The position numbers were made by a program, and so were the translations under genes. A stretch of 32,000 nucleotides of DNA from a cyanobacterium endosymbiont of Rhopalodia gibba (GTDB taxonomy: Bacteria > Cyanobacteriota > Cyanobacteriia > Cyanobacteriales > Microcystaceae): positions 2,125,303 through 2,157,302 of the forward strand of contig CP067995.1 in the NCBI GenBank assembly GCA_045159875.1, in the 5' to 3' direction. Under the pieces are notes generated by a model that ran no database searches, had not been told where the DNA came from, and saw nothing but the letters and a program-made list of their open reading frames with translations. Below, one piece after another: positions 1 through 10,345 of the stretch; within the stretch, counting starts at the first letter, position 1; every line of letters begins with the position of its first letter.

Positions 1-1611
1 TATTTGATCTTTTATAGTAAATTATATAGCTAATAGACTAGATAATATTTCTCTAGAATTTAATGCAAATAAACTTTGTATGTAAAATTAAAAACATAGA
101 AAAATCTAATTTTTAATAATAAATTTGTAAAAATAATTATCATATATACAATAATATATATATATACAATAATATTTTTTTGAAAATAGAATTTCAATGA
201 AATAGATATTGTTTTTTGATTGATATCTATAGCGTTAAATGTTTAAAAAATTAGATTATATATTGAAAATATTTAACAAATATACATTGTTAAATATAAA
301 ATAAAATAGAAATGTACTCAACATAAACTCTTATTTATTGTGGTTAAACAAGTAGTAAATTTAATTAAAATAATGAGTTAATTGTTATAGATTTGTCTTT
401 GAGAGAAAAAGTTTTCTACTTTAAAATAAATCTTTACACACAAAATGTAATTTATTTATAAATAAATTTACATAAAAGTTAGCTTTTTTTAAAAAAAGCA
501 CATATTTTATATATTTAAATATTTTTAATTAAAATTTTATAAATATAAAAAAATGCGGCAACTCTTTAAAAAATAAAAACAATACTTAAGAGCATTAATT
601 AGACAATATATAAGTATGAATTTTAATATTTTAAATAGTTAACACTCAATTAAATTATTTTAACTAAAAGAAAAATAATTTAATATTTAATATTAGTATA
701 TTTAAAGAAATTAAAAGAGTAAGTAGAGAAATAATACGAACATAGAAATAGCAATGAATAGTAAAAGACTCAAAAAATAAATTTTTATTTTATTTTTTTA
801 AAAAAATTATATTTTTAGTTACTTGATATGAATAAAATTTTACTTTAAAAAATTAGATAAACAAATAAAGCTAAATTAGCAACATAAAGCCTAACTAATT
901 AGGCATAAAATACACTAATTTAAAACCAATTCAAATTATTTTTAATGGTAGTTACCAGGATTATTAAAGTTAGCTAATTAATATCAAAGAATATACATTA
1001 TTCCTAATATAGGAAAAATAAACGTTGAACTAAATAAATTACTGTCTATTTTTCTTGATAAACAAACCCAGGCATAGTAGAAGGTATTAACAATAAGTGA
1101 TTTATCAAAATAAATTTATTGATTCCATTTAATAACTTAATGAGTCATCTTCAGTAAAAAACTTAATTCTTGCCAACTTCGTTTAAGTCTTGATTATATT
1201 AATTTAATATAATTAAATTATATTTTTTTTATATATTTTCTATAAATTTTAGATTCTTAAAGTCTTTTAAGTGAACGATTGTTCTCTATTTCTAGACTTT
1301 CAACTGAATAGTATTTTTTATTTAAAATTATAGTTTTTTAGTCATCTTTGTCATTAAACTCAATATCTCATATGAACGATCACAGCCTAAATATTTAAAT
1401 TTAGCTATCGGAACTTGTATTTTGATAATTTCTTTTTTTTATTAGCTTTCTACTTTTTATTCTCAACGCTCAAGCGATCACTTTATGCTTTCACACACCT
1501 CATGTTTAAGTTTGTTTTTTAAAGTGTGACTCTTACATCCACAATCATATTTTTTAAAAAAAGTTCGACATAAGAATTTTATTTAGACAATCAGAAAAAA
1601 AATGAAGGTAT

Positions 1612-1648
1612 AAAACTCTAATTTTTTTGACGATAAAATTAGAGTTTT
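1612..1648. repeat. 14-bp perfect inverted repeat (aaaactctaatttt / aaaattagagtttt) with a 9-nt spacer
   Basis: Read directly: 1612-1625 is the reverse complement of 1635-1648. Confidence 0.7.
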
Positions 1649-2005
1649 GACCTTTAAACTTGGTATAAATCTCTTTATAACCTTGAAGACGTACTCAAAT
1701 GCAATTACTGAATCTATTAGTAGAACACCAGCTTTTTTTTGACCTTGAAGATAGATTAAGACAAGAACTTTATTACAGCCTTAACTATAAATATATTTTT
1801 TGTCCCTAGCAGGATATTATTTTTTTCTATTTTCATACAAAACTTCATACCATACAACAAAAAATTTCTTAAAATTCTATTTGTACATTCTACAAATTAC
1901 AGAATTTTTTTTATATAATTATTTTTATTTAAATATTTTAGAAACTAACTTCTTCCATAAATAGGGAATAACACCCATGCACCCGTTATCTGTCTCCTAC
2001 TCAAA

Positions 2006-2081
2006 ATTATAATGACCTGAAATAAATTTAACCTAAGATAAAAGAATTGGACTCTGATTTTCCATTTCAGGTCGTTATAAT
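2006..2081. repeat. 18-bp inverted repeat pair with 1 mismatch (attataatgacctgaaat / atttcaggtcgttataat) flanking a ~40-nt spacer
   Basis: Read directly: 2006-2023 against 2064-2081. The single mismatch would be a G-U pair in RNA. Confidence 0.65.
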
Positions 2082-3059
2082 CAGATCTCAAATTAGATTC
2101 TCTCGCATAATTAACTTTTACAAAATATATAAAAAATAGTTAACAACTGATCTTCAGTCTAAACATTAAAATTTAATTTGTAAACACTGAATCTAGAATT
2201 GTTATGCTAATCACAATTTAAAAGCATTTGCGTTCATAGTAAACTTCTTTACTTGCAGCCTATATTACTAATTAACTTAGTAGTTAATTGGACAAATTAC
2301 GTACAATATTTGTCTTGATCATTAGTAGCTATGACTCCTACATCAGAAATTCTAAAGCTTGTTCTTGATTTATTTTAACCGCTGCATCTTACATCTACTT
2401 TATTCTTAACTGTTACGTTAAGCTTAAATTGGTAAATTTCGACTTCATATAGACCTCTTAAAAAGAATCAAAACTTCATTCGTCCTACCCTAATAAAGTT
2501 AATCTCACAAAGGTATTTTTTTAACATAACGCAATGTAACTAAAGCTTAACAAAATACCTAGCTTATAGGTTTTCAACTGGACGAATTTTTAGTTTTGAC
2601 AGTTTTCTGTACTAAATTAATAACCTCTATGAGTTGATATAACACACACCTAACATTATTTTTAGCAAGATCTTTTTTGAAATTTTACTCAGCACGAACG
2701 AAATATTAAGTATATCTACTCGAAAAATCAGAAAATTTGAATAACTTTCTTTCAAATCATTTGACGAATACTGTAAAGAATCTGTAATAATCTAAGAGGG
2801 CAGTGTATTTTGAAGTCCCTATTCATTGGCAGAACTGTTCAAGATTGAAACAAAATCGTCAGTGATCACCCCATCAGCACAGTTAGAGGTAAGGCAATTT
2901 TGACAGTACAAGCCAATATTACTAACGACAATCTGGGTTTTCTGGAAATGCGTCTCCGGAAAATTTCTGGAGAGATTTTTACGTAAGTCATATTCGATAT
3001 GGCTGAGTCAGTGCTAAACCAATGAGTTTTTTCTAAACCAATCAATGGAGATATGTCCT

Positions 3060-3530
3060 ATGCCCATTCGTTTATATGTCGGTAACTTACCCAAAGAACC
3101 TATCGAACGCCAAGCTTTACAAGAAATGTTTGCTGATGCTGGTGAAATCATGTCCACAAAAGTAATTAAAGATCGCAAAACGGGAAAATGCCGAGGGTTT
3201 GCTTTTGTCACTGTAGCCACAGATGAATTGGCTGATGCGTTTATTGAGAAATATAACGGTCAACCTTTCATGGACAGTTCTCTCAAGATTGAAAAAGCCC
3301 TACCGAGAGCTAAAAATACAGGCAAAGAAGAAACCCAAGAGGAAAACTTGACCCCAACTTCGGCTTCGGCTCCGTCTCCGAAGTCATCAGTGAAAAAAGA
3401 TGGTGCAAAAAAACGGTCTCGTACTCAAAGCAGTGGCAGTAGTCCCTCTGGCGATAGTTTTCAACCTGATCCCCGTTGGGCTGATGAGTTAGCTAAGCTT
3501 AAAGAAATGCTGGCTACTTCATCTAATTAG
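3060..3530 (+). CDS. RNA-binding protein with one RRM domain and no Gly-rich tail (cyanobacterial type-II, Rbp3-like)
   Basis: RNP2 motif LYVGNL and RNP1 motif KCRGFAFVTV are present. The C-terminal extension is Ser/Lys-rich and ends in PDPRWADELAKLKEML. The track ORF starts at 3045. I prefer the ATG at 3060 (MPIRLYVGNL), which has a GGAGA Shine-Dalgarno 8 nt upstream (3047-3051). Confidence 0.85.
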   Translation: MPIRLYVGNLPKEPIERQALQEMFADAGEIMSTKVIKDRKTGKCRGFAFVTVATDELADAFIEKYNGQPFMDSSLKIEKALPRAKNTGKEETQEENLTPTSASAPSPKSSVKKDGAKKRSRTQSSGSSPSGDSFQPDPRWADELAKLKEMLATSSN

Positions 3531-3652
3531 AAGAATGTTAGGGTAAAGGATGGGTTGATAAACAATGATTGATTAAGTAATTACTCATCCTCTATTCTTG
3601 AAGTTGAAATCTAAAAACCCAGATAAATAGTCTGCTGTTAAGGAGTTTAGCC

Positions 3653-4363
3653 ATGTCAATGACCAATGATCCTGTTGTGCTCATGAAACAAGAGGTGGGA
3701 AAGGCCGCCGTTGCCCGTGTTCAATCTGATTCCATTGTCGGGTTAGGCACAGGCTCGACGACAGCCTATGCCATTCAATACATTGGAGAACGCCTCAAAT
3801 CGGGAGATTTAAAAAATATTGTTGGGGTGACGACTTCCTTTCAAGGAGAAGTCCTAGCCAGAAAATACAATATTCCCCTGACTACCCTTGATGTGATTGA
3901 TCACATTGACATTGCAATTGACGGCGCTGATGAAGTTGATCCGCAGAAAAATTTAATTAAGGGAGGTGGTGCTGCTCACACTCAAGAAAAAATAGTAGAT
4001 AGCTTAGCCAGATTTTTTATTGTGGTAATTGATAGTAATAAGCTAGTAGATAAATTGGGCTCAACTTGTCTCTTACCCGTAGAAGTAATCCCCAAAGCGT
4101 TAACTCCTGTTATGCGTCAATTAGAACAACTGGGAGGAAAACCAGAACTCCGAATGGGAGTCAAAAAAGCTGGACCTGTGATTACAGATCAGGGAAATCT
4201 AGTTATTGATGTCAAATTTGAAGAGATTAACAAGCCAGAAATCTTGGAAGTTACCATTAACAATATTCCAGGGGTACTAGAAAACGGTTTGTTTGTTGGA
4301 ATGACTGATTTGGTCTTAGTAGGAGAAATTATCAACGGTAGGCCGATAGTACGGGAACTATAA
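3653..4363 (+). CDS. rpiA: Ribose-5-phosphate isomerase A
   Basis: RpiA signatures [19 protein letters not shown] and [15 protein letters not shown]; 236 aa, typical length; AAGGAG lies upstream of the ATG. Confidence 0.93.
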   Translation: MSMTNDPVVLMKQEVGKAAVARVQSDSIVGLGTGSTTAYAIQYIGERLKSGDLKNIVGVTTSFQGEVLARKYNIPLTTLDVIDHIDIAIDGADEVDPQKNLIKGGGAAHTQEKIVDSLARFFIVVIDSNKLVDKLGSTCLLPVEVIPKALTPVMRQLEQLGGKPELRMGVKKAGPVITDQGNLVIDVKFEEINKPEILEVTINNIPGVLENGLFVGMTDLVLVGEIINGRPIVREL

Positions 4364-4396
4364 ACTATAGCTGCTTTTTCTTAATTAACATCGATC

Positions 4397-4420
4397 CCCC
4401 CGTTTCTCACAAACGAGGGG
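4397..4420 (+). terminator. GC-containing hairpin about 30 nt after the rpiA stop (possible terminator, no U-run)
   Basis: cccc-cgttt / ctcac loop / aaacg-a-gggg gives a 9-bp stem with one bulged A. It is not followed by a T-run, so the terminator call is weak. Confidence 0.3.
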
Positions 4421-4982
4421 AGCTGTGCCGCTGAACTGTTCTTTAGTCTATGTCAAGACAATCACATTTAATAGAATTTGTGTGTCATGGAGGATAAACA
4501 GTAAAAATTAAAATTGTAAAAAAAAATATTTATCCCCGATTTGAGGACATCAAGGACCAAAAGATTTCCAATTTAGATAATAACTCCGTACATCTTGATA
4601 AAGATAAAAATTATAAACATCAAATAATCCTGTAATTGTGCAGCAAGTAGTGCTTATAGTCGATATTCCTTGAATCAATAGACTTAAATAGGATAGCTAT
4701 CATCAAAACCCTCAGCAGTTCTGCTGTTTATAGTTAACTAGGCTCAGTAACTCCAGCAAAAAACCGAAATATTTCATATCCTTATTAAGGATTCTGGCGG
4801 ATATTTATCAAGTAATAGGCTCGAACTTGGTTCATTGTCTGTCCGATGATATTTATAAAATCCAGTCTAATCTTGATAGAAGATTATGGTATAAAATCGA
4901 TTTTATCTGAGTTATTTGAACTTTATGGGAGATAGGAGAACTTTTTCATCGAGTATAGACCCTCCCTGTTCTGTGATCTCTG

Positions 4983-6345
4983 TTATTTTGAAGTACTTTC
5001 TGTTCTCACGGTCAACACTTGAGGGGGAGTAGCATCAGGGGAATAGAGAAAATTTGTCCTGACCAGTTTCCATAGTTTTGGAAAAATCGTTTGTTTAACA
5101 AGGGGTTTGCCAATTTTTTTATATGTTGAACGATATGAAAATAACGGGTTTGCCAAGTCTGCATTTGATCAAGATAAAAGATAACGGACGCTAATTGGTC
5201 CCCGAAAAAAAACTGTAAAGTAGGGAGATCAAGGAAACTTAACTCTCCAATTAGTTTATCCCGTTAAACGGGAGTTTGTAATGTCACTGTAACTGCTTGA
5301 GGGTTTACAGTGGGGTTATAAAAAGAGAGTGTCAGGCTATAGTGTATTACGTAATTACCATGAACTTGATAAGTGGTGTTAGGATAACAGACTAACATAG
5401 AAGAACTTTCCACTTGCTTGGTACCTAGAGTTTTTCCTTGTAGAGAGCTTAATCGCTAAGAGATAGCTGAAGCTTCAGGAGGAATGGCTAACCAATTTCC
5501 TCGATTTGTTCGTCTTCCTTGCCAGATAGAGCCTTGAGAGACACCTACCACTTGACTACCACTCGACTATAAATCATGGGTTCAATTCCAGGGGAAGTCA
5601 CCAAATTTCTATTTTGTAGAACTATTTTCCATTCTTGTGGAGTAAGTTGTCGTTCTTCTCCATTTTTATCAAAAGGAGCCAATTTCGCTAAACTTGCTAC
5701 ATAGACATTACCATTAGTATCAAAACGAACATGAGCAGACCGTCCGTTTAAAAGAAGATCTAGAGCTTTAACAAAAATAAGCAAATTCACTTTCGACTTT
5801 GCCTTCCATCAATGAGCAAATAAGGAGGAACAATGTTCTGGCAGTGACGGCGTAAAATATCCCTATCCCTCATTACACAACTTCCAGCCCCTGCATACAG
5901 AATTCCCAATTCCCAGGGAATCTTTGTCCTGAGACGGTAATTTGACAAATGGAGCATCAGTTCGACTAAGATAACTAGCTCCGTGGAGAATTTTCAGGTT
6001 AATCTGGGTCTTGTGGGTATTCTAGAGTAGAATCCTTAAGTATAGAGTACTTAAATTATTATAAACCTGGGCTTTTGCTATATGCTGGAAAAAATATCGA
6101 ATGTTCCAGCATATAGCAAATTTAAATGGGCATTTCTATAGGTTTTCCCTTGAGGAGAAAAGGTGTACAGTAAAATTCCTTCATTTAGCACTAATTTAGG
6201 ACTATTACTATTAAAAAACGGAATCCAATTTAACTTTCCAGGTAAAAGATAAACCTGGTGAGGTTGAACAGTCTCTTGAGAAGACTCAGAGGAAATCAGA
6301 GGAGTTTAGGCAAAGATTAAGAAAGGGAATTACTATTTTATGCAT
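4983..6345 (-). pseudogene. Decayed gene for a conserved cyanobacterial secreted protein (DUF3370-like; family name recalled from memory)
   Basis: Minus-strand pieces in shifting frames read collinearly. The start is ATG 6345 (MHKIVIPFLNLCLNSSDFL, then TGA). This is followed by HQVYLLPGKLNWIPFFNSNSPKLVLNEGILLYTFSPQGK (about 6150-6260) and by track ORF 5545-5790 (NGRSAHVRFDTNGNVYVASLAKLAP...). The next segment reads VVGVSQGSIWQGRTN. The C-terminus reads PDATPPQVLTVRTESTSK, ending at TAA 4983-4985. Multiple stops and frame changes separate the pieces. Confidence 0.6.
6074..6120. repeat. 17-bp perfect inverted repeat (tttgctatatgctggaa / ttccagcatatagcaaa) with a 13-nt spacer, inside the pseudogene
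   Basis: Read directly: 6074-6090 is the reverse complement of 6104-6120. One arm is coding-like sequence of the relic (NLLYAG); the other arm introduces a stop. Confidence 0.85.
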
Positions 6346-7102
6346 CCAAACTTTTCACGCCACTTTTTGAAGTAGGTGAAAGATTTATGGATAAATATTG
6401 TCTAACTGACGGTCAGATTTTTGGGTTTATCAGGACATTATCCTAAATAAAATTCTAACAATGCTTAAAATTACAATAAAGTTTTAACAGTAATTATTTA
6501 ATTAGGGAATTTTACAGTAGAGTGGCATTATCCTCATGATATCGCTCCAATGTCATCTTCTATCTTCTTAATAGTTATTAGTCAAGTTAACTCTAGACTA
6601 GGGTAGTAATGTCTTGATGACTATTTATTAACCGCTGATGGTTAAGTATTTCCAGTAGACTCAACTTATTGATCTACAACTAATGGATCGAGTAACTAGT
6701 ATCCCGACAAGGAAACCTTCAATCGGGACATTAGCCTCTGAAATTCCTAAATAAGTTTTAAAACTTAACTCTAACCAGACTTATCCACTTTTCTCTAGGA
6801 AATGGCTGACATTAGTAACTAATGAAGTTCTCTATCAACTTAGAGCTGATAGTCTAATGTTTAACTTAACCACATAGGGTTAACCAAGGTTCTATGTAAA
6901 GGGAAATATGGACCAAAGTATAGTCAATATCAGAGAAGTGATAAGACCATCTCCCGAAACTTATGGCTAAACTTGCGTAGCTAACGTTTTTACCTTAATA
7001 TATTTCTCTGGGAGCAAGAGAAATCTTTTTTGACGTTACCTCCTAAGAACTTGAATACCATTCAAAATTTATTAGACATTAGAGATTAACTTCCATTAGC
7101 TC

Positions 7103-7132
7103 TAATTTACACATATTAATATGTGTAAATTA
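7103..7132. repeat. 30-bp perfect palindrome (taatttacacatatt|aatatgtgtaaatta)
   Basis: Read directly, with the symmetry centre between 7117 and 7118. A partial third copy of ttaatatgtg follows at 7130-7139. Confidence 0.85.
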
Positions 7133-8432
7133 ATATGTGCAAGAAAGCATTTACGTCCCTAATAGACTTCTATTACTAGACTTTAATGATGCTTACTGGG
7201 GTAATCATCCATATGTTTAGCCCTTACTCAAACAATACGGTTCAATACGGTTATTCGACTGTATTCTTAGTGCTTATCAGGCAAATGGAAGATAAAAATA
7301 AACAAGCCGATTCAACCCGGCCACAACCTTGAAAAATGACTAACAATTTGTTAGTAACTATTGCTTTTTAAGACTATAAGTCATCTCCCTTATTTAAGGC
7401 AGTTGTCAGATAATTAACTATTTCGGCAAGTAATTAACTCTAAAAAAATCTTAAATAAGAATTTAAATTTCCTATCTGTTATTTTACCTATTCTAGAGAA
7501 AGAGCAGAACGTTCGTTAGTTTTAATTAGTAATTGCTTGGCTAAATTTATTTTTTTTCTTAATTTCAATAAACTCTTAATAGATGCCTAAGTTAAATTAA
7601 ATTCCAAATAACTAGTAAGATGTGTTTTTGTAAAAGCTGCCCAGTCGGTGATGTCTATGAAGCACAACCTGTAAAAATTTTGGTAATTTGTTTGATTTTA
7701 CTATACTTAGACGTCGAGCTTTCTGAGGGATTAATCAATCGAGACAGTCCATAATTGGAGTCTTTAAAAATTCAGTGAATTTGAGAAGTAGTAATGTTTA
7801 GATTAGGGGACAAGTATCTTCTTAGGTTATTAAAGAGAATCTTTAGTTTGTTATATTCCTCGTCCTATCTTCCATATGGTGATATTTATATCAGGAATTC
7901 TCACCTCAGTAAATTTGGTAGAACCACACTTATTAGAAAAGAATCGATAAAATGAATTCCTGTAAATTGTCCTTTGCGAGTAGGTAGAGAACAGTACAGT
8001 AACACCATTGCCTAGGGTATAAGCTCTACAAAACTATGATAGCCGACCAAATTGAAAAATACTTTTTCTTAATAGATAAGTATCTGTAATGTATAACTCC
8101 TTTTAAAGGTTCAATATCATGACCAATAACAAGCGATTACAATAGTCACAACTTTACCTATTTTTCAATAAAAATGGCATTTTTTTCTTAAAATGCTATC
8201 AATTAAAGAACAGAATAACAATGTTACTCAATTGATAAAAATCATCTAGATAACTAAAAAATTCAGTAAACTAGAAATGAGATTGTATGTCTATAGTACC
8301 AGACCTCAATAGATTTAGTTTCTCTTTTTCTGTTTAATTTTTTATCAGAAAATCAGCTTTCAAGTTTGATATTCAATTTTTTAGTCTAGCTAAAATATTT
8401 GTGTTATATTAGCCGGGATTAAAAAACAGTTA

Positions 8433-9773
8433 CTAAGCTAAATTACCTGTCAAACTAAACGCACGAGTTTCAGTAATTCTCACTTCAACAATTTGACCTT
8501 TTAATTGATTAATATTCCCCCTAAAAAAGGTTAAACGATTACCCTGAGTTCGCCCCATCACTTGGGTTTTATCTTGTGGGTTTTGTCCTTCTACTAATAC
8601 CTTTTCTATACGTCCTAAATACCGTTGTGATCTTTCAGCAGCTTTTTGTGCTACCAAATGATTGAGACGTTGTAGGCGCTCGCTCTTAACGTCTTCACTT
8701 AATTGATTCTCCCACAAGGCTGCAGATGTTCCAGGACGGGGAGAGTAAGCTGCTGTATTGAGTTGATCAAATCCAATATCAGCGACCAATTTTAAAGTCT
8801 TCTCGAATTGTTTTTCTGTTTCCCCAGGAAACCCCACAATAGCATCAGCACTAATGGAAGCGTCGGGCATAAGGTCCCGAATTTTAGAAATAATTCGGCG
8901 ATATTTCTCTTGGGTATAGCCACGTTTCATAGCTTTGAGTATTTCATTATCTCCTGACTGAAAGGGAATATGGAAGTGTTCGCATACCTTAGATAACTCT
9001 TGACAAGCAACTATTAAACGTTCGGTAAAATAACGAGGGTGACTTGTCGCAAAACGAATGCGCTCAATTCCAGGAACATCATGAACAGCATAAAGTAAAT
9101 CTGTTAGGGTGTGTCGATGTCTGCCTGTTTGTAGCACTCCCGGTAAGTCTCGTCCATAGGCATCAATGTTTTGTCCTAAGAGGGTAACTTCTTTGTATCC
9201 TTGTTTTCCTAAAACTTTTATCTCTGTTAGAATCTCTTCTGAAGTTCTCGACTGTTCCACACCACGTACAGTAGGAACCACACAATAAGTACAACGTTCA
9301 TTACAGCCATAGATAATATTAACCCAAGCAGTAATCATACTTTCTCTACGGGGTTTTGTAATATCTTCAACAATATAGATGGGTTCAGTTGCAACTACTT
9401 GATTCCCCTCAGATACCTGTTGTAGTAAATCTTCTAGACGATTAGCGTGTTGGGGTCCCATCACTAAGTCTAATTCAGGAACCCGACGTAGGATTTTTTG
9501 TCCTTCTTGCTGTGCGACACAACCAGCCACTACTAAGGTTAAACTGGGGTTTTGATGTTTTCGTTTGGCCTGTCTTCCTAAGTACGAATAGACTTTCTGT
9601 TCGGCATTATCCCGAATAGTACAAGTATTGTAGAGAACTAAATCAGCGTTGTCAGGATTTTCCGACCAAATGAAACCTATGTTTTCGAGAATACCTGCCA
9701 TGCGTTCTGAGTCAGCTTTGTTCATCTGACAGCCAAAGGTAGTTATGTGGTAGTAACGTTGGGAAGAAGCCAT
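8433..9773 (-). CDS. miaB: tRNA (N6-isopentenyl-adenosine-37) methylthiotransferase MiaB (radical SAM)
   Basis: N-terminal MTTase motif TFGCQMN, radical-SAM cluster motif CNERCTYC, and a C-terminal TRAM-like segment; 446 aa; ATG at 9771-9773. Confidence 0.93.
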   Translation of the reverse strand: MASSQRYYHITTFGCQMNKADSERMAGILENIGFIWSENPDNADLVLYNTCTIRDNAEQKVYSYLGRQAKRKHQNPSLTLVVAGCVAQQEGQKILRRVPELDLVMGPQHANRLEDLLQQVSEGNQVVATEPIYIVEDITKPRRESMITAWVNIIYGCNERCTYCVVPTVRGVEQSRTSEEILTEIKVLGKQGYKEVTLLGQNIDAYGRDLPGVLQTGRHRHTLTDLLYAVHDVPGIERIRFATSHPRYFTERLIVACQELSKVCEHFHIPFQSGDNEILKAMKRGYTQEKYRRIISKIRDLMPDASISADAIVGFPGETEKQFEKTLKLVADIGFDQLNTAAYSPRPGTSAALWENQLSEDVKSERLQRLNHLVAQKAAERSQRYLGRIEKVLVEGQNPQDKTQVMGRTQGNRLTFFRGNINQLKGQIVEVRITETRAFSLTGNLA

Positions 9774-10240
9774 AGCGTAGGTTGCAGACTAGATATTTTT
9801 TAGAAGAGTCCAGCTCTCCATTATAAGCTGTTCATCATTTACATGACTTGTCAGAGAAACTAAAATGGATGAAATTAACTAAAATCAGACAGAAAGTACA
9901 TCAAACTTTAAATTAACTTTCAGTGAAGAATATCAACAACTAAGACGGGAAAGATCGCAAATAGTGTAATAGATCTTAGAAAGAATCATTTTTGTATATA
10001 CGTTTAGAATTTCTTTAATTTATTATGGGCTTTTTCAGAGTCGGGGGTCTTAATCGACCCGCAATCTAAGCGGTACAAGCATTATTTTCAAGATTAACTA
10101 GTCCGGTTAAAAGATTGTTCTACTGTAGAGATTCTACTTTATGGATACATCAGTAACTGGGAGAAATTTAAGTTGTTTGTTGTCTGAGTAGCTAGTTGTG
10201 AGTGTTCCCGGAGAAAAGAAGAATTGCTTAAAAGCAAAAG

Positions 10241-10269
10241 TAGAGAGTAGCATAAGAGCCTACTCTCTA
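10241..10269 (-). terminator. Intrinsic terminator for the 10346-11041 gene
   Basis: A 10-bp perfect stem (tagagagtag / ctactctcta) closes a 9-nt loop. On the minus strand it is followed immediately by CTTTTGCTTTT. It lies 76 nt downstream of the stop at 10346. Confidence 0.6.
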
Positions 10270-10345
10270 GCAGATTAACCGAATCAAATAGGAAAAAAAG
10301 AATCACATAATCATAATTGAAATGCCCTTTTCCTGAAATCTGAGA

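Larger units (their letters stand above)
1..2800. other. Extremely AT-rich tract with no ORF in the supplied track (>=60 aa) on either strand; probably fully decayed former genes or spacer
   Basis: The six-frame track has no ORF before 3014. Hand counts give 11 G+C in nt 1-60 and 5 G+C in nt 481-540. Long A/T runs and low-complexity AT repeats are present (for example an 18-nt-period repeat at 142-175). The 3' boundary near 2800 is approximate; composition normalises towards the rbp upstream region. Confidence 0.6.

Noticed and set aside
142-175. The 18-nt-period repeat atatatacaataatat(at) x2 could be a CRISPR-like or satellite array.
   Set aside because: There are only two copies of pure low-complexity AT sequence, with no spacers and no cas genes. 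No CRISPR array exists in this window.
3531-3652. A possible terminator after rbp (aggatgggt ... actcatcct).
   Set aside because: The stem has a mismatch, the loop is about 35 nt, and no U-run follows. The support is not convincing.
5578-5589. A tRNA T-loop-like string, gggttcaattcc.
   Set aside because: The flanking bases do not form a T-stem (atggg against ccagg), and no acceptor or anticodon arms can be drawn. It lies inside the pseudogene fragment. No tRNA, rRNA or tmRNA was identified by eye anywhere in the window, but this was not a covariance-model search.
5545-5790. The 81-aa ORF could be a stand-alone hypothetical gene.
   Set aside because: Its sequence continues collinearly in other frames, both upstream and downstream, into the same DUF3370-like protein. 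It is simply the longest open fragment of the pseudogene at 4983-6345.
6781-6788. A DnaA-box-like ttatccac, with the thought that the AT-rich tracts could mark oriC.
   Set aside because: It is a single isolated near-match, with no cluster of boxes and no dnaA/dnaN nearby. AT-richness alone is explained by decay.
7620-7754. A 44-codon Cys-containing ORF (MCFCKSCPVGDVYEAQPVKILVI...) vaguely reminiscent of an Fe-S or zinc-ribbon peptide.
   Set aside because: It is too short, has no Shine-Dalgarno, and matches no motif I can name with confidence. It lies in ORF-free decayed DNA and is most likely chance or a pseudogene fragment.
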